Source: Octopus vulgaris | Lineage: Eukaryota | DNA length: 64,000 nt | NCBI GenBank assembly: GCA_951406725.2 | Contig: OX597821.1 | Location: forward strand, 65,100,001-65,164,000 | Direction: 5' to 3' | In this document: piece after piece, positions 1-13,391 of the stretch | Layout of the letters: each line of letters begins with the position of its first letter | Position numbering within the stretch: position 1 is the first letter of the stretch | Notes under the pieces: generated by a model | Told to the model about the DNA's origin: nothing | Database searches by the model: none | The model's input: only the letters and a program-made list of their open reading frames with translations | Position numbers and translations under genes: made by a program

Positions 1-76
1 GGTGGTGGTGGTGGTGGTGGTGGTGGTAGCAGTAGCAGCAGCAGTAGTAGTAGTTGTAGTAGCAGCAGCAGTACAA

Positions 77-112
<36 letters not shown>

Positions 113-187
113 GTAGTAGTTGTCGTTGTTGTTGCTGTAAGAATAGTGATATTAGCGTCGATGACGACGACGGTGAGGATAATAATA
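1..187. repeat. Compound trinucleotide microsatellite (GGT/GTA/GCA/GTT)n
   Basis: Directly visible; explains the poly-Val ORF 2..202. Confidence 0.95.
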
Positions 188-704
188 ATTTTAGGCGATT
201 GAAGTCAATCGCCTAAAATATTATATCCAGTGCGAAAATATTAATATCCAGTTCCTGAGCGCAAATTTGCTTTGAGTGTATAAAATGTTGCACAGAATCT
301 ACTTTTGAGCGCAGTCAGCAACAGATTGGGTAAAGGGTTCGAGCAAAAATTCATGATACACTGTGGTACCATTTCAATAACAAGAGTTCTTACCAACGCG
401 TACTAATTGTACAATATGTTTGGTACTTAGCATCTATAAAGCAGATTCTCGAGGTACGTGCAGAACAAGTGCTGATAAATTTGAAGAATGAGAAGGAAGA
501 AAAGGATGGCAAATTGTAACAGTTCCTTTATGGTTGTGTATTAGTGGAAATTATCAAAATGGGAGTTATAAAATTGTTGTAGACGTAAGGATACTCTCTG
601 GTGGGAACTAATATGGCCTGACACTCTGAAGATAGCGATAATGTTGGAATGTTGCAAGCATTTGTTATCTTTAGACGACAGTTATTATGTACGGATATAA
701 GGAT

Positions 705-731
705 ATATATGTGTGTTTGTGTATGTGTGTG

Positions 732-767
<36 letters not shown>

Positions 768-1294
768 TGTATGTATGTATGTATGTATGTATGTATGTAT
801 GTATGCATGTATGTACGTATGTATGTATGCATGTATATATGTATGCATGTGTGCATACACACATATGTAGCTTGTTTATATACATATATAATTATATATT
901 TATAATCATATATTCATATATATATATATATATATATATATGGGGGGGGGGTTCAGTCACTGTAGAGATATGTACATAAATAAACACTGTCAACTTCACA
1001 TTCTTGCCTATGTGTATATATATATACATATTTAAATCTACATATAAATATATATATATATGTATGTATGTATATAAATTTATTTATTTGCATATGTGTA
1101 TACATGTATACATGCATACTTATCTATATACCAACATATTCATATCTATGCATATATATGCGTATATGTGTATATGTATATGTGTATACATATATATACA
1201 TATATACATATACATATATATGTGTGTATATGTATATGCATGCATATATATATATATATATATATAAACATATATAAATATATAAGTATATAAG

Positions 1295-1342
<48 letters not shown>
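705..1342. repeat. Compound (TATG)n/(TA)n microsatellite field
   Basis: Directly visible. Similar fields occur at about 2190-2825, 3680-4062, 9910-10430, 31160-31720, 34700-34960, 43030-43225, 45060-45475, 58455-58645 and 62035-62460. Confidence 0.95.
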
Positions 1343-1346
<4 letters not shown>

Positions 1347-2323
1347 TGGTATTATGTTTACCTATAATGCAACGGGCAAAGAAATGATTACGCTGTTCGT
1401 GCAGCAGAGTAAAAGAAAAATGCTTTATTATTAGACTTCACTACTGCAATGGTAGTCTTCGCTTGTACAAAAGGAAAACAAAATCTTCACAGGCACACAG
1501 ACGACAACACACACCCACACACACACATATCATACACGCGCATGTACACTTAATCACGTGCTAGTATATTTGCATAAACACGCATGCATACTTACATTCA
1601 TTAATACGTACATAGAAACTACATACGTGTGTGTGTGTATGTGTGCTCTGTATATGAAGTTTTCAGAATTACATGGAACTATTTCCCATTGTGTAATGTT
1701 CATAGAACTCTATTTATATCCTCACGGATTTGAAACCAGATTGCTTGAAACAGTAACAGTAAAAGGTCCGTCGTATCAGCGACCAACTTGCTAGAGATAA
1801 TTCCTCCATTCACTCCTTTAAGTTTACCAAAAAAAAAAAAAAAAAACGATGGCAAAACGGGAGACATATTCGATATATTTTTCTATGATATCCCACCAGA
1901 AAAAAAGTACGTTTCGGTCGTTTTTGGAAGGCTTTTATCCAGAGATCTACTCAAGGTTTCTCTGAAGCAAAGCAACAATATTTAACTGTGTACAGGAAAT
2001 TTTTCTCACAAACATTTAGTCATATTTTTCAGATGTTGTCTTCAAAAACAACTATTTATTTTTTTCCTTTCCGTGGTAAGAAAATGTCTAACTAGATTCT
2101 CGTATTCATAAAGTGTGATTCCCATGTGTTTGAATGAAAGAACAAGACAGTTAATTTAGGCAAGTTCACAGATACGCACATATTCACACGTATGTATACA
2201 CACACACCCACATACACACACACAAAAAAAACATATACGTATGTTTGTGAATGCGTGTATATGTATGCATGTCTATGTATGTATGTATGTATGTATGTCT
2301 ATGTATGTATGTATGTATGTATG

Positions 2324-2364
<41 letters not shown>

Positions 2365-2692
2365 GTGTGTGTGTGTGTGTGTATATATAAATATCTATCT
2401 AGCTATATATGTATATAGACATTTGTACATATATAAATATATATATATATGTATACATGTATGAGTACACAGCCATACACATATACACACAAACACGCAT
2501 CACGCACAGACATACGTATATATGTACTTGTGTGTCTGAGTGCGCGTATATGAGAATTTGTGTATACATATGGATGTAAGTATATATTCATCTAGGTATT
2601 TATGTGCGTGTATATATCGATATCTATATATATCTATATATCTATATCTATATCTATCTATATATCTATATCTATATCTATATATATCTATA

Positions 2693-2751
<59 letters not shown>

Positions 2752-3732
2752 ATATACATACATACACATACGTGCGCACACACACACGCACACTCACACA
2801 ACACACACTCATATATATACATATACTGCAGAAGCGAGAATACAATAACTGGAATATATGTAGAACAAATAGTATATACAAGACCAAAGGTCTTTTGAGT
2901 GTTCGCTTGTGTGGTTTGGAGCATATGTCTTTTAATCTGAACAATCTACATAGCGAATATCAGCAACAGGGCAGCAAACATTCCGCCTTTATATAATGTT
3001 TCCTTTCAACACTAGCCGCAATAAAAGTAAATGTAGCACATGAAAGAAGAAAAAGACGAATGATATGGAAAGTTGGAGCAGAAGAACTGGAAGCTCGAAA
3101 GAAAAGGAAATGTTTGGAAGTGTTGCTCAGGGATAAATCACAGAATTGAACCGTAATTCAAAAACATGAATCATACTTATGCTACTTCACCCATACAATA
3201 AAGGTGAAATTGCGTACAAAAGACGACGGAGCTAAGTAGATCGTAAGGTCTATATTAAATAAGCTACAGCATTTGTTAACATACTACATTCAGTCCAACT
3301 CCGGGCAACGCTTTCGTTTTATGTTTTATTTTTATACTTATCCTATTCAGAGAATGAGAATTGCAAAGCTGTAGCTTAAGGTTTCACACGCAAAACGGGG
3401 AAAAAATGTCAAATTACCGTTAATAATTTTTCGCTCCCTTCAGACCTGCTGACATTCGCCATACACTAATCATAGATCGTGTATGGTGTTTAATCACAAA
3501 TGTTGTTCCATATTTTCTGGTCAGCACCGACCGAACAGTCGCTTTTCACACATTGTGAGTTATTCTTCTTTTCAAACCTTAAGTCAAACATTATGTCAAA
3601 CATATTCCAGGTATGAATGTCACGTATTTCTCCTATACATAAACACTTAGATACATACCTATATCATATGTGCGTCTGTATACATATATATATATATACA
3701 CACATATATGTGTGTATATATATGTATACACA

Positions 3733-3782
<50 letters not shown>

Positions 3783-3814
3783 CATATATTTATATATATA
3801 CGTATGTATGTATA

Positions 3815-3888
<74 letters not shown>

Positions 3889-3945
3889 CATATAGATAGA
3901 TAGATATACATATATATACATATACATAAATAAAAATATAAATTT

Positions 3946-4065
<120 letters not shown>

Positions 4066-4292
4066 GGGGAATATATGAAGTTAAAAATGCACAGAGTATA
4101 TCTGAAGATTTACTTCGATTAAAGTTAATACTCTTAACCGGCTTCCTATTTGTATGAGTTCCAGAAGTTTCAGTTTGTGGCTGAAAGTTCATAAACTGCT
4201 TATGAAGAAGTGATGCTGAAACTGTGAAATTTTGCATGTATTTATTTCAACCTTCGTGTAGACATTTGACAGTTCAAAGAAGACTTCATTCG

Positions 4293-4386
<94 letters not shown>

Positions 4387-4744
4387 TGATGCAACATGAT
4401 CTTAGAAGGTGGTGCTCCAGCATGACCGCAGTCCTATGACGGAAACTAGAAAAGGGTTGAATTGATATAAATACATACACTCACATATGTTTAGTTGAAA
4501 TTTATAGCAAAACAGAAGGCAAAGACAGGTGTATGAACAAGTAGGTATCAATGAAGAGAGAAGGTGGGTAGGAGTGAAGAGGGAAAGTAGATGTTAGAGG
4601 AAGAGCAGCGAAGTGGGTAGGACTGATAAGAGGAAGTAGGTATCAGATGAAGAGGAGAGGAGAGGAGGGGAGTTAACTGAAGAGAAGAAGGAAGTTGAGC
4701 TCATGTGATGCAAAGGAGCGACGAGAGAAGATTAATTCTTGTTC

Positions 4745-5010
4745 ATTAAGAAGGTGGGATTCCATTGCCGAGTCCGATGTCTCAGGTGCTCCGCGAACCA
4801 GTCAGTCAAACAGTATCCCGTTTGACCGATGTACAAAGAAGGGCAGAAAGAGCAGGAGGTGCAGTAAATGACGTTGCTAGAAGTGAAGGTAAAGGGGTCG
4901 GTGATATGATAGGGACGATGACGGGTGCTTGTGAGTATGGTGGTGTTGGAGAAGTAGAGACAAGTGTGGCGGCTTGGGGGAGAAGTAAGGGAACGAGCCA
5001 AGCTGGGAGG
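4745..5010 (-). mobile_element. Penelope-like retroelement fragment, GIY-YIG endonuclease domain (degraded)
   Basis: ORF 4732..5079(-) contains FTFTSSNVIYCTSCSFCPSLYIGQTGYCLTDWFAEHLR. This fits the PLE endonuclease pattern NVIY-x-CxxC-x-YIGQT-x-R/W-xxEH. Confidence 0.85.
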
Positions 5011-5145
5011 TGGGGTTGGGGAAGAAACTGTGGATAATGAGGTCACGATATATATCTTGTTCGAATTTACAGGAAACAAAAACTAAGACAGTTGTAGGAG
5101 CAACAAGCAGGTGTATTATTTTAACGCTCAGGAAGAATGGAAAAA

Positions 5146-5180
5146 TCTTTAACGCTTCGAGCCTACGCTCTTCGACAGAT
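5146..5180 (-). ncRNA. Degenerate minimal hammerhead ribozyme motif upstream of the PLE GIY-YIG fragment
   Basis: Minus strand reads CTGTCGA-A-GAGC-gtag-GCTC-GAAGCGTT, i.e. CUGANGA/stem II/GAAAC-GUH with two core substitutions. Same strand as the PLE ORF; stem I is weak. Confidence 0.55.
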
Positions 5181-5762
5181 GGGGTTGGGCGAAAAAAAAG
5201 AGAAGGGAATGAAAAAAGCGGAGAGAGAAAATGTTTCTTAGTGATTAACGGTTCAACATAAAAAATAATCAAAAGAAAGAGGTTGAATGAAAGGGAGATA
5301 AGGATGGTGACCCGGTCGAACGAATTTAGTCTAGCGGGTGCTTGGACATGTGAGAATGGGGGTGAGTGTGTGAGAATGCATGAGTGGGCGAACAGAAAAT
5401 TATGTGGACCTCTGTGTGTGTGTGTATATGTGTAAGTAACCTAGAGCGTACATTATGTGGAGTGATGTGCTGTTATATATGTGTGTGTGTATATGGACGT
5501 GTCTACGTTTGTGTGCGTCTGTGTGTCTGTGTGTGTGCAAATGCATTAGCTTGAGTGTGTGTGTGCGTGTACTAGTAACTTAGTATATGTGTTGTGTGGA
5601 GTGATGAATGGTTTGTGTGTTTGTGTATGTACGCGCGTTTATGGACGTGTGTATATATGTGAGTGTGTGACGCTAACATGTGTGTGCGTGTGTATAACCG
5701 AGATCATATAGTGTGCATGTGTAGAGTGTAGTTTATGGGCAAAAGTTATGCATTTGTGTGTG

Positions 5763-5794
<32 letters not shown>

Positions 5795-6249
5795 TGTATG
5801 AATGTATGTAGGTATGTATGTGTATACATATCTTGAACACATCAGAACAATTTCTCGGAGAATTTCATCATAGAAAATTAAAAGTCAATACGTGTATTTT
5901 TAACTAAGCCGATAACGGTTTCGTTCGTTTAAGGCGATCGTACTGGAATAAAACTTTCACGATATCTCATCTGAAAGTTCACATACTTTTCTGGCAAAGA
6001 TCACATAGTACTAAGTCTCATTTCTTTCTGGTTAATCATTAAGTGGCTTTACTCCGTTAACCATTGGTCTAGCTAGATGTTGATAATTTTAATCCACAAG
6101 CTGCTAGATTTTATTCGTCTGGTGCAACAAATGCCACAAAGCCAGTAGTTATCAGAAACGAATAATAGTATGGACTTACTTTCCCTTTGATGAGCGGCTA
6201 ATTCCGTTTGAATTTCTCAGAGATTTTGTGACTTTAATCATTAATGATA

Positions 6250-6350
<101 letters not shown>

Positions 6351-6371
6351 CTCTATATATATATATATATT

Positions 6372-6545
6372 GGTAAAACGGTAAGATAACAAAAGAAAGA
6401 AAGATACCTCAATATTATGTAAATAGAGGAAATTTATCTGTAAAATAATACGTGACAGTTATTTGGTAGCCAAGATAAAACTCTGAGTTTCGGATGCCCA
6501 GGTGGAAATCCACACCACCATCTCTTCGGTTATCTGGCCATCTAC
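6372..6545 (-). mobile_element. Short non-coding HHR-bearing repeat, family H1 copy 1
   Basis: About 170 bp with clear similarity to 12134-12310 and 60790-60960; abuts (TA)n. Confidence 0.85.
6469..6539 (-). ncRNA. Type I hammerhead ribozyme motif (variant core)
   Basis: Minus strand: agataa CCGAAGA GATG...CATC c GAAA CTC a GAG TT ttatct. Stem I agataa/ttatct, palindromic stem III, GUU triplet; core has U4->C. Confidence 0.65.
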
Positions 6546-6562
6546 ATATACATATATATATA

Positions 6563-7124
6563 TTGGATTGTACGGAAAGTTCGTGCCGATTTATACCAGC
6601 TTACCTTTCAACTTATTTTAGAACATGGTTGAGTCCATAAAATAGGATTTTACTACACCACCATTTAGACCACAATGTAAGCTATCTTTTCGTGGAAGAA
6701 GGTTTATGTTCCTATAACTTGTGTTAATTCTGTAACCCTTTAAAATGGAAGATAAGAAAGTTCATTTTTGGCACTTGATGCTTTGGGAACCGGACAAAAG
6801 TTGCTGCAGCTCGGCTGGGATGTGTTACCCCAGTCTCCATATTCACCAGATATTGCTCTTTCGGATTTCCACTTATTCAGGTCTCTGCAGAATAGTCTTA
6901 ATGGTAAAAATTTCAATTCCTTGGATGATGTAAAACGATACCTTGATGAATGTTTTGCCATGAAACTATCTCACTTCTGGGAAGAGGCTATTTTCAAGTT
7001 AAAAAAAAGATGGAGACGCATTGTGCAACAAAATGGTTCATATTTGGTTGATTAAAAATGTAATGGCAAGTATTGACATTTTTCTTTCCTTTAAAAATCG
7101 GCACGAACTTTCCGGAAAACCCAA
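6563..7124 (+). mobile_element. Internally deleted mariner transposon with both TIRs
   Basis: TIRs ttggattgtacggaaagttcgtgccgatt / aatcggcacgaactttccggaaaacccaa flanked by TA. The N-terminus MEDKKVHFWHLMLWE (6745) is joined out of frame to the C-terminus QKLLQLGWDVLPQSPYSPDIALSDFHLFRSLQNSL...RWRRIVQQNGSYLVD* (YSPDLAP motif). Confidence 0.95.
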
Positions 7125-7130
7125 TATATA

Positions 7131-7291
7131 GGCGCACGAATGACTGTGTGGTAAAAAGCATGCTTTCCAACTACATGGTTCCAGGTTCAGTCCCACTGCG
7201 TGGCACATGCGGCAAGTTTCTCCTACTAAAGCCTCGGCCCGACCAAAGCCTTGTGATGAATCTGGTAGACGGAAACTGAAAGAAGCACGTC

Positions 7292-7337
<46 letters not shown>

Positions 7338-7620
7338 CTGTATGTATGTATGTATCTGTATGTATGTATGTATGTATGTATGTAGGTAGGTAGGTAGGTA
7401 GGTAGGTAGGTATGTTGGTAGGTATTTGTATGTCTGCGTTTGTCCTACAAACATCGCTTGACAACCGATATCGGTGTCTTTAATTCCCCTTAATCTAGCG
7501 GCTCGGCACGAGAGACCGATAGAATAATTGTTAAGCTTACAAAGAAAAGGTCCTGGGTCGATCCGTCGACTAAAGGCGGTGCTCCAGCTTAACCTCAGTC
7601 AAATGAGTGAAACAAGTAAA
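7131..7620 (+). mobile_element. SINE family A (tRNA-like head, central microsatellite, conserved tail), near full length
   Basis: Head with A-box-like tgactgtgtgg and B-box-like ggttcagtccc; central (TA)/(TATG)/(TAGG)n; tail ...cgactaaaggcggtgctccagc...tgaaacaagtaaa. Many other copies in the window. Confidence 0.9.
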
Positions 7621-7641
7621 TGTGTGTGTATGTATATATGT

Positions 7642-8008
7642 AGAGGCACAATAGCACAGTGGTTAAGGCAGCGGACTCGCGATCGTAGGATCGCGGTTTC
7701 GATTCCCAGACCGGGCGTTTCGAGTGTTTATTGGTCGAAAACACCTATAGCTCCACGAGGCTCCGGCAGGGGGTGGAGGCGAACCCTGCTGTTTTCTTTC
7801 ACGACAACTTTCTCTCACTCCTTCTTCCTGTTTCCGTTGTACCTGTATTTTAAAGGGCCAGCCTTGTCACACTCTGTATCACGCTGAATCCCCTCTAGAA
7901 CTACGTTAACGGCACACGCTCAGCCATTTGCACGTTAATTGCACGAGCAGGCTTTTCCGTTGATCGGATCAACTGGAACCCTCGTCGTCCTAACCGACGG
8001 AGTGTCAG
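7642..8008 (+). mobile_element. SINE family B (tRNA-derived head) with tail type 1
   Basis: A box tagcacagtgg, B box ggtttcgattccc; head and body shared with 47124-47445; tail shared with 43240-43482(-). Confidence 0.9.
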
Positions 8009-8018
8009 ATATATATGC

Positions 8019-8129
<111 letters not shown>

Positions 8130-8135
8130 TACACG

Positions 8136-8219
<84 letters not shown>

Positions 8220-8765
8220 CATACACTCATACACATTTAGTTTCTGATGGCTTTCGTCTGGACCAAGAAACTCCCGAAAGGGTTTTCGTTACCCACCTTC
8301 TTTTGCGAAACTTAACCACAGTGAGTAGCTTATCCGGGGTCGGAATTTGACCAAGTACAGTCCGAAGGCCATGGTGTCTCTTGCTTTTCCATTGATTGCT
8401 TCGACATGACATGGAATACAATTAGCTGATGACAAATAATTGTGTAGCAGTGTGTATCTGTGATTGATATGCGTTCGAATATCTGCAAGGGACATTCTGG
8501 GTTGTGCCTAAGTCACTGACTGACGGCTTTTAACTTCGCTGGTAGAATACTAATGGTATGCATTTCGTACGGCACATATATATATTAGATGAAATTATGA
8601 AATAAGAATGAAATACCACACGATGGAAAGGGAAATTAATAATACTGGAATGTTGGGTCTAGCATATTTTAATTAATAACTAGATATTCTCTCAATTTGC
8701 AATTGGCATAAATATCCAGCATTAAGCTATAAATATATGCGTGTATATGTATGTGACAGTGTTAT

Positions 8766-8821
<56 letters not shown>

Positions 8822-9089
8822 ATTTGTCTGTGTGTGCGAAGGAAGACTGGATTTAATGCGAGGTTAGTGGGGAGGCCGAGAAAAAGGACATCAGTGAATG
8901 AACGAAATAACGCCAAATAAAAACCACATCACCACGAACACAAAGAAAATTAAAACAAAACAAAACCAAAAAAAAACACAAGGAAATTAAGAATGAAAGA
9001 GGACAATGCTACAGTATAGTAATGTCGAGAGATAAAAACCACTACAGTAATGAATGAGTTAAAACGAAGAGTAGCTCAATCAATAATTC

Positions 9090-9131
<42 letters not shown>

Positions 9132-9669
9132 TCAGGAATAGTGATAATATGGATTTGTGGAATAATAATAAAAGATAAATAATTGAATGAATAAATAAAT
9201 AAATGAATGGGAGAAAGATAACCAACGTGGAGTAGTGCTAAGACGGAGAGAAATTCGATTCGGGGAAATTGTCGGCTAAAGATGAAAGGCCTGAAAGAAT
9301 GGAACCTTAAGAGGAAATAATGAAAAAATCGATTGATCCGGTTGGTGAGAAGAGGAAATGGTTTGTGGGTTGGGTGGGAGAGGTTATTGATTGCGTGCAA
9401 TACATAACTGATAAGTGACCAGATTCTATTGATCTCTGTATTGATAGCCTGTAAGAAGGCTAACTGCCAACAGGAATCGATAACAACGGATCACTTATTA
9501 ATTAGCTGTGTCCTTACAGACTTGCTTTTTGTTGGTTCTGTTGTTGTTGTTGTTGTTGTTGTTTTTTTTTGTCATTGTTGTTTCTTTTTATTCTTTTTGT
9601 AGCAGTCTTATTGCAGTAAGGTATCACGTGATTGTCTCCCCATCAATCGAATGATGTGTGTGTGTGTTC

Positions 9670-9700
<31 letters not shown>

Positions 9701-9821
9701 TGCGTGTGTGCGCGGTATATACGAATATATAAGGCCCTCATGCTTCCCGAAATCCGTCGAAACTACACCTGATTATATATACACTTTAGATGAGTTGTAG
9801 TGCACCTGAGCACTGTACACA

Positions 9822-9857
<36 letters not shown>

Positions 9858-9921
9858 CCGCCAGAGAATTTACGGTGATGAGCTGGTTTCCAAACTTACA
9901 CTGGGTTATATATACATGCAT

Positions 9922-9952
<31 letters not shown>

Positions 9953-10035
9953 TATATATATATATGTATGTATATGTATATGTATATATGTATATATGCA
10001 TATGTAACACACACATTCATACATAACACACACAA

Positions 10036-10096
<61 letters not shown>

Positions 10097-10773
10097 CGCG
10101 TGTGTGTGTGAGCATTTATATATTATATATATATATATACATGCAAACATGTATGCGAACATCCATTTGTAGTTAAAAGTGTATGTATGTACAAATATTT
10201 ATCTATATATCTATATATATGCATATATGTATATATCTATATCTATATATATATATATATATATATAGATATAGATATATACATGTGTGTATATATCTAT
10301 ATTTATAGGTGTGTGTATACAAATATATATAAATGTATATACGCATAATTATTCATATATATGTGTGTGTTTAATCTATGTATATGTGTACGTGTGTGCG
10401 TGTGCATGTATGTATGTATGTATGTATGTCGTATTCGTATTGCAATTCCATGCCAACCGTAACGTGAGCAATCGTTAAGTTCACGTTTATTGTGTACAGA
10501 TGTGGTGGACATGTTCACAGAATTTCGTACCTGTGCAAATGCGTAAGCGCTAATTCATGAATAAATAATTTCATCTCATATACTACAAAGACACACACAC
10601 ATATGAAATGTTGGGAGACTGAGTGCATGTAATCAGATCAAACCTGTCTAACTTCTATCTTGTGATGTAAGGTCTTAACACGTAGGAATGGAACTATTAG
10701 CCTGCTATAACAGGGTCAATTAACTGTGTGTGAAATATCGTACACGTATATCGCGTATAAGCGACTTTCTATG

Positions 10774-10823
<50 letters not shown>

Positions 10824-10978
10824 GTTAGTTATCTACCTATCTTTCTATTTATCCATCTATTTATGTCTCTCCCTCTCTTTCTTCCTCTCTCTCTTTCCTA
10901 TACATAAATGAGTGTGCAACACAGCACCTGCAATTGCTAGGAATAAGATCTAAGACACAGAAACCGGGTAGACACACA

Positions 10979-11081
<103 letters not shown>

Positions 11082-11203
11082 CTCTGCTTCCTCCTTCTTT
11101 GTTATCTAATTAAATTAAAGGCATACGAGCGAAAACCACGAGTTTCTCTTTGTTACTATATCCATTTTCCTCCCGTATATAACCTAAACTACGGTTTCTA
11201 ACC

Positions 11204-11316
<113 letters not shown>

Positions 11317-11320
11317 TAGT

Positions 11321-11380
<60 letters not shown>

Positions 11381-11496
11381 GATATACATATATATATACA
11401 TCTTTATATATATATATATTTATATACATATATACTTCCGGTCTCCGCATGCTTGATTCTGACAATCGGTAAAAAAATTTCCCTTGGATACCTTGC

Positions 11497-11810
11497 AACC
11501 GGTTCGAAATAAGTGGAATAATCCAACCAGAATTCGCTGCATATTGAGTGTAATTCAATATATTACAAGAAAATATATCGGAGTGAAATAGAATACATCG
11601 GAACGAAATCGTATTTGTTGACACTCTCAAGTACTTCTAGTAAAGAAATTTATCGTATATTTTCCACGTGGAATATTTAAGTTAAGCGGTGAAACCGTTT
11701 GAAATAAGTGAAGAACCTAACCAAAAACCGCGGCATATCGAATGAAATTCAATATATTACTAGGTAATATATTGGAATACAATACAATACACCAGTAAGA
11801 TATCGTGGTC
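11497..11810. repeat. Diverged tandem duplication, period about 195 bp
   Basis: aaccggttcgaaataagtggaa...ttcaatatattac (11497) versus aaccgtttgaaataagtgaaga...ttcaatatattac (about 11693). Confidence 0.75.
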
Positions 11811-12063
11811 ACTGAATGAAACGCCTTCCACCTGGGATACTGAAGATAAGCGTAAATCCTTTTTACATTTTCGATCAGAAACCCTTAGGAGAAAAGGAAA
11901 TAAACAAATAAGCTGGATTAACAGAAAGAAAAATTATATATATATATACAAAATTAAAATAATGAGGGTAGAAATTGATATCAATGGATTAACATCAATT
12001 TAAACCAGTGGTCTAGCATGTTCAGATAAATCCTAAGATTAAAAAATTATATTACAATTATTA

Positions 12064-12132
<69 letters not shown>

Positions 12133-12133
12133 A

Positions 12134-12310
12134 TTGGTAAAAACGGTAAGATAACGAAAGAAAGAAATAGGCCTCAATATTATGTAAATAGAGGAAATTT
12201 ATCTGTAAAATAATATGTGACACTTATTCGGTAGCCAAGATAAAACTCTGAGTTTCGCCTGCCGAGGTAGAAATCTACACCACCATCTCTCCGGTTATCT
12301 GACCATCTGA
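12134..12310 (-). mobile_element. HHR-bearing repeat family H1 copy 2 (ribozyme degenerate, 12238-12300)
   Basis: Close match to 6372-6545. Retains GAAACTCAGAGTT and stem I, but the core reads CCGGAGA and stem II is mutated. Confidence 0.8.
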
Positions 12311-12463
12311 AAAACGCTATGGAAAAAGACCGTTATACAAATGGAAATTACTGTGTTATAGTCCGCTACTTATACAAAAGCGCTAATTCGAATGACCGCT
12401 AATTAAGATAAGGTTAGAAGTTCATTGTAAACACGTAAGCATGCCTGTTCATACGTACACATA

Positions 12464-13301
12464 AACTACAGACCTATCTCTCTGACCTCACACATCAACA
12501 AGATCATGGAACGCATTTTCAGAAAAAGACTGACCACGTTCCTAAAGGGAAATGACTTGCTTACAGACACGCAAAATGGGTTCCGTCTTGGACGGAGCTG
12601 CCTAACACAGCTGCTACAGCACTTCGACTGGATACTAAAATAACAGCTCAATCATTCAAATGTAGATGTGATATATCTCGACTTTGCCAAGGCGCTTGAC
12701 AAAGTTGATCATGGGATGATATATCATAAAATTGCCTGACCTCGGTATCACTGGTAGACTGGAAGAGTGGCAGCATGATTTCCTAAGGGGCAAAAGTCAG
12801 GGTGTCACAACAAATGGTGCTCTCTCTGAAGTGACACCAATCCTCAGTGGAGAACCCCAGGGAATAGTCCTGGGTCCACTACTGTTTGTGGTTGCTCTCT
12901 CAGACATGCCCTCACCCACAGAGTCAGCCACAATCACCAACTATGCCGATGATGCAAAAGTATCGCAAGCGGTCAAGGATCCTACTGACATCCAAAGACT
13001 GCAGAATGACCTGAACACAATATATAAATTGGCTGATGAAAATAATATGCAATTCAATGGCGCAAAATATCAAGCACTCCGCTATCAGCCCACAAACAAA
13101 CTACAGCTGAATTACACGGGACCAGCAAGAGAGGTAATTCCAGTGTTAGAGTCGTTGCGTTACCTGGGAATCCACATGAGCAACGGCGCAACTTTCCTTG
13201 TGCAAATTGCTCATATGTCAACACTGTGTAGGCGGGTAGCAGGTTGGATCCTTAGATCTCTCAGGCCCAGGAGCAGAGACACAATGCTTCTGCTTTGGAG
13301 A

Positions 13302-13302
<1 letters not shown>
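12464..13302 (+). mobile_element. Non-LTR retrotransposon reverse transcriptase fragment, CR1/L2/Jockey group (pseudogenised)
   Basis: NYRPISLTSHINKIMERI, QNGFRLGRSCLTQLL, DVIYLDFAKALDKVDH, SGEPQGIVLGPLLF, NYADDAKV and RYLGIH motifs, with one stop and one frameshift. Confidence 0.93.
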
Positions 13303-13390
<88 letters not shown>

Positions 13391-13391
13391 C

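Noticed and set aside
1898-1962. Minus-strand CTTGAGTA..GACC GAAACGTA as a hammerhead
   Set aside because: Core deviates at several positions and the stems are weak.
4150-4220. Minus-strand AGTTT..AAACT GAAAC between two TA tracts as a hammerhead
   Set aside because: No recognisable CUGANGA; may be a decayed copy but is not supportable.
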